From NCBI GenBank assembly GCA_043228905.1, contig JBHGNT010000020.1:1054001-1118000 (forward strand): a stretch of 64,000 bases of DNA. The letters are read 5' to 3'. Source of the stretch: Azolla caroliniana. Lineage: Eukaryota; Plantae; Polypodiophyta. Made by a program: the position numbers and the translations under genes. Under the pieces are notes generated by a model. That model worked only from the letters and a program-made list of their open reading frames with translations, was not told where the DNA came from and ran no database searches. This document shows, piece after piece, positions 45,699-56,381 of the stretch; positions within the stretch are counted from its first letter, which is position 1; every line of letters starts with the position of its first letter.

Positions 45699-48600
45699 TC
45701 AATCTATAAGCAAATCAGGCAGAGCAGGCTCCTCTGGCGCTGATTGTTCTAGACTGTTTTCATTCGTGACATCTCCAAGCTCTCCCGAATCTGAGGTATG
45801 GTCAAACTGTGCTACATCTTCCAGGTCCACCAGCTCCCCTGCTTCTTCATCAATTGGTTCCATTGGTTCTCGTGAAGTCATCTGGAACATCTCTGTCTCG
45901 TTGATGTGTTTTGCTCCGACTTCTTGATCCTGATCTGGATAGTCCCAGATTCCTGTGATCCTCATTTTGATGAAGTTAACTTGAGCAGGGTCCTTCTCCA
46001 ATGCAACACAGTTTCTAAACATCTTCAATGCACAAGCTGTCGTTGTACCTAATGGTCGCATGAACACAAACAAGTATATATAAGAAGTAACGTCTTAAAC
46101 TTGATAGACAAGATTGAAATTAAATATATATATTATACCTGTGCCAGAGAACAAGTCTAGGACCCAATCATCTGGATTCGAGAAGAGCTCTATGAGGCGG
46201 TTGATCAATCTTTGAGGTTTTTGATAAGGGTTCACCATACTTTTATCCCCTGACACATGTCTTAATTTTTTGGTTACAGCTGGGCACATGATGTAGTTAA
46301 CCACGTTACGCTCATTGACATGTGCTCTAGCCTTCTTCTTTGTAATTGAATCATAGTAGCCCACACAAAAATGTTCGACCGCACTAACCATTCGATCGCC
46401 AGGGCTACGTGTAATATTTGTTTTGATCCTATAGAGAAAGAAAATCAAGTATTAGAGGTGTAAATGTGTACATATAATAAGAAGTACTGTAATGAGTAAA
46501 AGCGAACTATAACGCACCAATGCATGTGTTCAGTGGCATGACAACGGAACTTCAAAGCTGTTGTGACTGACAGTGATTGCCCCATGCTATGAAATATGAC
46601 TATCCTCCACAAGGGGGCCAATGTCAATTCTGCGAAATCCTTTACCATTTTCTCGATCTGAGGGTACTTGAAAGGCACATCATCATATGTTGATCCCGCA
46701 ATACGAAAACCATATGGTATGTCAGCTATCAGCAAAGTGTAGTGCCTTCTCGGTAACAGTTCGAGCATCTGGGATACTTCGCCATTGAAAACACTATAAT
46801 GAAGCTGTTTGAAAGGATCGGACCTATGCAAAAAACTCTTTACAGTCTCTGAATCCTCGGGCAGTTCCATTTCCTTCCCTTTGGTCATTCTCTTCTCATA
46901 TTTCGCACGTTCTAAGTGCGTGATGAAGGCCGCTGGAATACCGTCATTATTGTCGTTGTTCTTTTTCGATTTTGATGGTTTCTGCAAGTGTCATTGTTGT
47001 TAGCAGGGAACATTAGTTTCTAACATATCAACATTCAAAAGACACATACCCATTCTCTAAATACAATAAAATATTCCTCCAATGCCTTGTAGGAAGAAGT
47101 TATTGGGCAGGCTTGTTCAACTTCTTCCCATGTCGGTAAACTCAGTTTTTGCATCATCAACTCTTGAATCTTCATGTATACCTTGTGACTGCACAATCAA
47201 TATGAAATTAGAAATAAGATATTCAAAATAATTGAAGACTTTCATGAAAAGGTATACTATAAACACTTACTTTTGCAAGTCTGTTACCATCTCGTCCAAA
47301 CTAAATTCCTTGGCAAGCACTCGAGATAGCACGGATATTAACAATCTATCATCTTTGATACCTTGTAATGATCTCCAAGGTAAAAGTTTCATGTCCTCTG
47401 GTAACTCCTCGATTACCAAGTCGCTTTTTCCCTTGGTCTTTGATTTCATCTCAACTTGTGGATCAATTCTTCCCTTTTTTTATCTTTGCCCCTTGACTTC
47501 TTTCCGCTCCCACATAGAGAATATTTTGTCTTGGAGATCCCACACCTCTCCGGTCCGAAAAGCTAGTTGAAACCAAGAATCATATTTTCGGAGACCTTCG
47601 GATTTCGTACTCTCATCCACTGCAATCCCTACTTCCAATAAACACTGACGTCGCAATCTAGGTCGCTTTTTCCCTTGGTCTTTGATTTCATCTCAACTTG
47701 TGGATCAATTCTTCCCTTTTTTGATCTTTGCCCCTTGACTTCTTTCCGCTCCCACATAGAGAATATTTTGTCTTGGAGATCCCACACCTCTCCGGTCCGA
47801 AAAGCTAGTTGAAACCAAGAATCATATTTTCGGAGACCTTCGGATTTCGTACTCTCATCCACTGCAATCCCTACTTCCAATAAACACTGACGTCGCAATC
47901 TAGGCCACAATCTTGGACCAAAACGATTCAAGGCATCGAGGTATTCATGATGAAAAAATCTTATCCTCTCTATACATGACATCTTTTGCCTATAATCGTT
48001 GTCATTGTTATGGTCCCATGCGAGCAGCTTCGCCTCCTCGTGAGTTAGTCCTGCATATACCTTACATTCGGCGTATTTGAAGAACGGCGTGAGAGGATAT
48101 TCTTTGACAAGCTGTCGTCAAGCTTCGGCCGAATGTGATCCTCCGATTACATAGTATGTGTAATCGTCTGCAGAGCTATACTTGAAATCTGCTACTGTTG
48201 GGCATTGTTCTTGATCAACCATTACCAAAAATGGCACCACAGTAGCGTGAGGATTGATTTTCATTTTGCTTTTCAGGTTTTGGACATGGACGGAGTGCGG
48301 CTCCCTAATTTCCAAGGGACGTCTTCCAGTCACGGGGTCAATGGGGGGCCTTTGGATAGAAGTAATGGGCAAATGAAATAGCTGGCCCCTGCGCACAAGT
48401 TTAGTCTTCACAATATTTTCTCTTATTTTATTTTGTTCTGACGTCAGGACACCAAAAGATAGTTGTCCGCCTGGAGCCACGACGTTGACTTGTTGGTCGT
48501 CTTCTTCTTCCACGAACTCTAATATTTCTTCTTCTTCTTCTTCGGGTCGTGGTCGTTTAGTATATTTCTTTTGAATAGGATTTGTCTTCCTAGACTTTTT

Positions 48601-49474
48601 CGGTGGAGTTTCTGCTTCACCAGTCATCATCTCTCCTGTCACGTACGGCCGAAGAGCTACCAACAAGTTATTTTTCGTTTGCAGGTCTTTACGCAAAGCC
48701 TTGGGATTGCAAGATTCGGGTACTAGGTTTCCCTCATCAAGTCGCAATCGCCTGTCGCCAACTGAGCTCGAGACGTCGATTAAAATACATTTAGAATCAA
48801 TGTCTTCGTACTCTAGCTTGGTTACATGCCCGTAATTAAATGTTTTTCCAAGCTGAAGTTTCCCTTCCCCGTCCGATTTTTCCGTTATCAATAACAGCAC
48901 CCCATCCTCCTCGACATAAGAGAGACACCATTCAAGTTCGGGGTAATCCTTATATTTCACCTCAACCGTTTTCTCCTCTTGCGTACTACCTTTGTTGATT
49001 TTGGTAGTAGCCACAGATGACTTGGATCCTCCTTCCCCCGTTGAGTCAAATAAATTCTTTTTACTCGTGTCCTTCATGAAGGAGCCAGAATCTCGTTTTG
49101 TCGGAGATCGAATCTTCAATCTAAATGAAGGAACTTTTTGTCTGGGTTCACTGAAATTAAGAACGTTGGTGAAAACATAGAAACAACGTACAATTTCATC
49201 TAAATCACGCAAATTATCATTTAAATTACGTCAATTTTATGGTCCCATGCGATAGTTTTTTATCGCAAAAACAACATTTTTTTCAACCGAAATCCGATGC
49301 AGTGCATCGGATTTTGGTTGAAGGTCCTGGCTTTCAGAATAGCTTTCCAAGTTCGTTGTACAAAATAAAATAAAATTTCTATGTGTTGAGGAAAGGAATC
49401 TTTAAGGAATCTTTAGGAATCTTAAAAAATGTAATGAATATTACTAACCTGACGATTTTCTTTCCCTTGTTCAT
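45699..49474 (-). pseudogene. Six-exon gene: ParB/Srx-like domain fused to a beta-class N6A/N4C DNA methyltransferase (~970 aa restored); disabled in this copy
   Basis: Exons 49474-49449, 49150-47271, 47188-47050, 46981-46518, 46428-46139 and 46048-45699, all GT-AG and phase-compatible. Motifs: YVIGGSHSAEA(R)..VYAGLTHEEAKLLAWDHN; LLIADIPYG (motif IV); W-I-K; PYQKPQRLINRLIELFSNPDDWVLDLFSGTGTT..A....RNCVALEKDP (motifs X, I, II). Lesions: TGA at 48118-48120 and a 242-bp tandem duplication. Confidence 0.85.
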
Positions 49475-49771
49475 GGTTCGTGCCGGAGGTAGTGCTGTCC
49501 ACGATGTGCTTCTGAGTGCTCGAAAATTGGCCTGTGCTCTGAGCTCGATGGATTCTTTCACGTGATAATGAAAATGAAATTTCTAACCTCCTTATATAGA
49601 AGACTTTAGCATTATTTTTAAAATAAAAAATAATTTTTAATTATTTGTTTTTTAGGAAAATTTCGGAAAATAATATAGTTAATCTAAGTGTTCGGGTAGT
49701 TATATAGTTAGGCTTCAGCATTCCTTAATTTTCTCAAAAGAAGGTTTTAGAATACAGTTAGACTCCCTCAA

Positions 49772-52451
49772 ATGTCTTCTTCTACAAGTAGAACATCTCT
49801 TTTTTCTATTGCCCCCTTTTCATTGTCAGATAACTCGTATTTCTCAATAGAAGAGTACGACCACAAAAAACATTCGCGGCTTAAACAGAAAAGTGTGGCT
49901 CCTAGTACTTCGAATTCTCTGTTTTCAATTGATCCTGTTGATGGCCCTCTTCATGCAAGCTTACAAGCGGACGATTCTTCATTGATAGATAACAATAGCA
50001 TTACTAAACCTCTAGCATTTAAAAGAGTTCCTCGACAAGTTAGTGAAAAGAGATTTAATTTCTTATGTTCTGATCGTCAACTTCTATGCGACTTGAACAA
50101 ATCGTGTTGTGCGAATCTCTATCTATCAACTTATGGAAAGTCAAGGTTACGTGAAACACGACAAAAATACTTGTCGCTTAATGGGGAAGAGCAAGATACA
50201 TTTCTTCTTGCGCATATGCAACTTAAATTGGATCACAAAGCAGGGCCTAATTCAACGCAAGTTGAATATTTCCTTGGACTATATACCAAGTGTTGTCGAG
50301 CAGCTTTTAAAATCACTCATAGCATTGGAAATATGCGGCTGCAACGAGTTCAAGAGCGACTTGTGAAGGGCTCCTGGGTACAGTTCGATCAAAATGGTTC
50401 TGGATGTAAGGGTCAAATTGGGCAACAGGCAATTAGGTGGATGGAGGTATATTTTTCAAAACAGTGCGAAGTTATGCCAACGACAGGAAGACTTCATTTG
50501 TCAGATAACTTTACTCGAAGGGAAGTTTACCAATCGTACAAGGACGACATGTCTTCCGATGTTGAGCCTTACATACAGTACAGGCATTTTAATCGACTAT
50601 GGAGGTTACAATTTAATAACGTGGTTATCCCACGAAAGGTGCGAATGGGAGTCTGCTCAATATGTGTGAGTTTAAAAAGTATGGCCAAGGGTGGAAAATC
50701 AGATGTAGAGATCAAGAATTACAAGAACCTGTTAAAAGAACATCGTGAAAGTCAGGCATTGGAACGTACTAAGGCTATGCATCACCGACAAAAAGCGTTT
50801 CAATCTCCCGAAAAGTATATGTGCATGATTATTGACGGCATGGATCAAAAGAAAACTTGTTTGCCGCATTTTCAAAGACTCCCCAAGGATATTGGAGATG
50901 AGTGTCTCGTGCAAATGCATCTAGTGGGTTGTTTGACATACTGTCAAACTATAAGACCGCAAGTGTTCTTAACTTATCCCAATATCCACAACGACCCTAA
51001 TCTTACTGTCACTGTCATGCACAAGGTATTGCAATCATGGTCAGGTATACTCCCGCCAGTTCTATATGTGCAACTAGACAACACAGCAAGAGAGAATAAG
51101 AACTCAACTGTCTTCGGCTATCTAAGCATGCTAGTAGAGAGGGGCATATTTAAAAAGATAAAGGTTAACTTCTTGTTGGTTGGTCATACCCATGATCACA
51201 TAGATCAAATTTTCAGTAGGTTCTCAAAGAAACTTGCTCGCTGTAATGCTTTCACACTTCCCATGCTATCCAAATTGATTAGTGAAGCATATACACCAAA
51301 GCCTGAAGTACAACACTTGGAAGAAGTATACGACTTTAAACGTTTCTGCATGGACAGTGACGGGACTAAAGGTAGGGTGCTTGCACCTCTTAATAATATA
51401 AGTTTCAACCATGTCTTCCTCATAAAACAAAGATCGGCCCACCTGAAGATGACGGTGTTGTTTGCGAAACAATACTCATCTAGTGCACAATGGGAGCCCC
51501 AAGAAGGTTGTAGGCTCCTTCTTCATATCCCAGATGAACCTCTACATGGTGCACAACAAATGCCATATGATGATCGTAAAAATGTAGCACCAAATAGTAC
51601 TATTGATGAACAAAGGGCATATTGGTTAAGATGTCTAGCAGAGAAACAAAATAATATTGATCGGACTAAGAAGTATGCCGGTGATGAGGATGTTGAATGG
51701 TGAATGGTGGGAGATTTTCTTCACCCATCAACGCACCATTTTAGATAATTACATCGCCGGTTTATGGCCAATCCGTATCCCATTCACATGGAACATTGGG
51801 ATGACATCAACGATATCGCAGACTCATCACCAACAATCGAATAATATGGAGCTTCATGATTTAGTTCGGCCACTGCAAAGAGATATTTATGTGGGACCAA
51901 GAAAGTCACGTACTGTTGAGGCAAGATGGCAAGGTAATTTGCAAGAACTACAAGTGGGAATGTTGGTTGCAACATTAGCAGGGGACGATACCTTGGGCCA
52001 TCCATTTTGGATTGCAAAAATTATTGAATTAGTAAGGGATGAAGAAAGTAGTCAGACAAAGTCAATAGTAGTCCATTGGTATCAGACAAATTCAACTGAT
52101 GCATTTACAGGAAAGTATTCTTTAGAGATGGTTAAGGATGTCGGATGTTCAAGCAGAAAGAGAAGAAGAAAGAATATACCGAGCACGGCTACTCTCGCAC
52201 TAGACCGTGTTGACATACTAGTATATGACTTCTCATTGACAAAATCAGGTCATCTAAGACAAGCAACTATCAAGATAATAAATGAGAAAATCCCAAACAT
52301 GGTGTCAAACGAAATACAGAGAATAACCAGAAGCAATTCTCATAACCACAAAGATGTTGGGTTGGAATTGGATGAGGATAATGCTTTGATTGCCACTGAT
52401 GATGAGGATGAGACGTCAGAAGGCTCTTCTAGTCCATCAGACATGTCTTAA
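49772..52451 (+). pseudogene. Sola-like DDD transposase with C-terminal BAH-like module (~890 aa restored; one 7-bp frameshifting duplication)
   Basis: Cys motifs (KSCC, KCC, CSIC) and catalytic-type motifs IIDGMDQ, YVQLDNTARENKN, FLLVGHTHDHIDQ in ORF 49772-51703. TGAATGG is duplicated at 51694-51707; removing one copy joins ORF 51657-52451 (PFWIAKIIEL...IVVHWY). Confidence 0.85.
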
Positions 52452-55400
52452 TATATTGGTTTGGTTCAAGCTGGGGATTGTTTTACTACATGATCGGAAA
52501 CTTTGTAAATTTGTTTTGGATGTAAACTCACGAATATGTATAATTGTAACTGGTAGACATTATTTTGTAATTTTGGTGATGTATTTTTGGAGGCATTTTA
52601 CTTATGACTCAAAGTGGTAGTCATGTTGAAATTCAATATATTTTGCCACCTTTTCTGAAAAGCTTTACGCATGCGTCGTGTCTTTTTGAAAACTGCGTGC
52701 TTTTGTGCCCTTTTTCGACGTAGTGTTCTCATAATGCGACATATTACCTGTTTCAAATGACCCGGTGTTAACATCTTTGTAGTTTGTCGGAAACGTCCAA
52801 ACCATATGTGATTGTGTGATCCAATTTCTTTTCCCATGTGGTTACGAAGTTATCTACATCTTCTTATTCTTTCATTGTTAACGTGACATATACACGTATT
52901 GTGTGCACTTGTACTACATCAGTCCTTGGTTCGTATTGTGTCTTAAATTTCCCTCAAATTTGATGCGAAGTTTGTAGCTTTCTAATTGCTTCCCCATGAA
53001 CATTTGATATATGTGCTAACAATTCCATCTTTGCCACAAGGTCTTTCTCTTCCCAAATAATCAAGTCCGGCGGCAGCAGGTTTTGTTGATGATCCTGACA
53101 CTACATCCAAAGTTTGTAATGTTGGAATAATAATTCAAGTCGAACACTCCAAATGCGATAGTTTTGCTTTCTTAACTCCACTAATGAAATTTTATGTGTG
53201 TTTAAAATGTTTACAGGAGTTGAGTATTGTGCCATTTCTTGAACGATCGGCTGAATAGGCCAGAGCCGGTTCGGTATCCGGAAACCAGGGAACCGGATCA
53301 TACTCCGGAATAGTGTGAACCGTTAGGCCGTTAGAGGCCTACGGTCCAAGCTTAGTACGTAGGGATATTCCTTGGAGTTAGTGTAGAGGCTCATTTTTGA
53401 GCATCCAAGTACTTATGGTACTTGTGTCAGTCCGTGTAAGGACTTGTATAAAAGTGCTCTCTGAGCACACTCGATGTACACAAAGTATTATTTTGAAATC
53501 AAGTTTTGGTATTCTTCTCTCTCTCCCATGTATGTGTGTTTAAGGTCTTCATTAAACCTTTATCTCTGTTTCTATGGTCTATTCTATCCGAACGAGCCGG
53601 TTGTCTTAGCTTCCGCACGCTATCTTTTACATGGTATCAGAGCGCGGGTGAGAAATCCTCTTCTGCAAACAGAAACCGTTAGGTAGACGAAAACCTAATT
53701 TCTGGTAAAAGAAACAGAGAAGAAGGAGAGAATGGACTGAGGAATGGCTAACTTACTTCTGACGGAGAAGCTCGACAAATCCAACTAAGCATCTTGGTCG
53801 TACAAGATGCACCAATACCTGCTTGGGCATGGCTATTTGAGTTATGTCGATGGAGCGAATGATACAACACCTGATGCAGCACAAAGGGACTTTCCAGCTT
53901 GGGAACAAGCGGCAAGTAGGGTAATGTACTGCTTCGTGTCCAGTGTCAGTGATCAGATGGTCAACCATATCCGGGACACCAAGATACCAAAGGACGCTTG
54001 AGGAAACCTGAAAAAGGTCTTCATCGCAAGCACCACGGCCAAGAAGTTGCATCTCCGACTAGAGTTGAGCAACGTTCGGCAGAAGGACATGTCAGTGGTC
54101 AACTACACAGCAAGCCTGGATTAAAGACATCTGCGACTCACTTGCCTCTATCAACGTGACCGTCGAGGAAGATGAAATGGTGCAGGTCTATCTCGGGGGC
54201 CTAGTTTCAAAGTTCGGAGCATTCTGGACGGTGGTATGTAGAAGGGAGAATACGCCTTCTTTTTTCGACTTACAATCGATGCTCCTTATAGAGGAGAACC
54301 ACATAGGTGCGTCGACGAGCACGCACACTAACAGCAAGATGTTGTACACAGAGGCAGATAGGCCCCGTGGACAAGGAGGTCAAGGTCGATCGGTGTGCAA
54401 TGCATGCGGCCAACAAGAGCAGAATCAGAGGCACAAAGACGGTGCCGACAGCAATAGCGGACCCTCTTGAAGCAGGGGGAGTCAAGGCAGCGGAGTTGGG
54501 AGCCAGCAAGGGAAGACTGCATCGGAATGCTAGTACTGTGGCTGAAAAGGCCACAAAGAAAGTGAGTGCTGGAAGAAGAGGGCTGATTTGGACAAAGTTG
54601 GATCGAATCGGAAAGACACGGATAGACGTCATTGATCACACTTCGCCGGAAGCTTGGAGGGAGCCAGGTCGGGACCGACCCTCGTAATGAAGCATAAGGT
54701 CAACAGAATGGATGCATCCAACGTAAAGCCAAAGGAAGTTTGGTATGTGCACTCTGGAGCTTCCAACCATATGACGAACCACAAAGAATGGTTCTCCGTT
54801 CTCGAGAAGCTGAAGAAGCTGATGGTGGTCGAAACCGAAGACGACACCCCACATCCCATCGAGCACATCAGGGATGTCCCTCTGAGTCATGTCGACCAGA
54901 ATGGAATCATGAGGAATATCCTACATGTTCCAATGATCACCAAGAACTTGGTGTCGGTTGGCCAGATCGTGAATCAAGGAGTGCAAGTCCGGTTCACTCA
55001 CCACGGGTGCTTCATCGAGGAGGAAGGCCGGATCGTCGCGCAAGGGCATCGGGATGGAAGAATGTTCATCCTCGAAACCAATGATGTGGCCACAACTATG
55101 TTCGTGAAAGGGCAGAAGGTCAAGTTGGACATCGACTTGTGGCATAAGCAGATAGGCCACATCAACATCTGGAAGCAGTCGAAACATGTAGTTTTCGGAT
55201 TTCCAAAGTTCTGTGGCCGAAAAGGCCAAATATGTGAAGCTTGCTAGCTCGGGAAGCGACACAGGCTTCCATTCCCCAACTAAAAGAATTGGAGCCAGAA
55301 TCGGCTCGATCTTATCCATTCAGAAGTGTGGGGACCGGCACAAAATGTGAGCATTGACGGGAGTCGATATTTCGTCTCCTTCATCGACGATTTCAGCCGA

Positions 55401-56381
55401 CACACCTGGATCTACTTAATCGAGAAGAAGAGAGAAGTCTTCTTGTGCTTTCGGGACTTAAAGAATCATGTAGAACGAGAAACCAGAAGGAAGATCAAGT
55501 GTTTGAGATCGGATGGTGGAAAAGAGTACTTTTCTGGTTAGTTCGTTATCTACAGACCAAGGGAATTCATCGAGAGTTCTCTTGAGGTACACGCCAGAGC
55601 AGAATGGCGTGGCCAAACGTCGGAATAGGACATTAGTAGAAGCGGCAAGGACAATGTTGGAGGAGAAGAGTATGCCCTAGATTTATTGGGCCGAAGCAAT
55701 TTGGACAGCGGTCTACATTCCGAATCGGATATCTACCTCAGGGACAAATGTGTCACCGCATGAATTATACTTCGAGCGGAAGCTAAATTTGACGCACCTA
55801 TGCGTATTCGACAACATTCCATATATGCATGTGTCGGATGAGAAGCAGAAGAAGTTGGATGCCAAGACCGAGAAGTGCATCATGGTTGGTTACTCTGACG
55901 AGCAAAAGGGGTACAAGTGCTACAACCCCCGTTCGAAGAAAGTTCAAGTTAGTCATGATGTCGTTTTCGACGAATCGACATCATGGTACTTCTCATCACC
56001 CGCACCCTAGCCGATTGCGGATGAAGCAATGGATTCTGGAACAGAGGGAAGTATAGCGGAATCCGAACTCCCAGATCAATGGTCCAAATTCGGATTGGTT
56101 CAGCCAAAGTGGTCAACCGGATGACGAACCGGCGAGTAGTGAAGACTTGACCGTGCTCTCCATGTGTAAGGAGGCGAGGAGACGGTTCACACACAAAGAA
56201 AAGGGGAAGAAGAAAATGTGAGTACAACACCGGCAAAGAAGAGATGGATCGGAGCGCATCCGACTCTGAAAAAAACCAAGATAGATCTTCGGAAGAGAAG
56301 TCTGAGTTGGTCAAGAGGGCCAACAAATCCACGAACTAGGAGTTGCGCTAATCCACTCACCAAAAGTCTTCTTGTGGCATT

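Larger units (their letters stand above)
44936..52769. mobile_element. 7.8-kb TIR DNA transposon (Sola-like) carrying a DNA amino-methyltransferase gene
   Basis: 37-bp TIRs at 44936-44972 and 52733-52769 (AACACCGGGTCATTT[C/G]AAACAGGTAATATGTCG[T/C]ATT, 35/37 match). 4-bp TSD AACA at 44932-44935 and 52770-52773. The empty site TAATAAACATCTTTG is visible in the paralog at 37092-37106. Two divergent genes inside. Confidence 0.95.
43257..53236 (-). mobile_element. Degenerate Copia (gag to integrase; copy 2 of the duplicated block), interrupted by the DNA transposon
   Basis: Integrase fragment (SFWEEVVSTTCYLQN...LKIFG) at 43309-43518, protease WYLDTGATNH at ~44400, gag start at ~53236. The sequence is contiguous across 44935/52774. 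Confidence 0.85.

Noticed and set aside
45699-49474. Bacterial contamination or a restriction-modification operon as the source of the methyltransferase
   Set aside because: The gene has five phase-consistent GT-AG introns, lies within TIRs inserted in a plant-type Copia, and has no partner restriction endonuclease.
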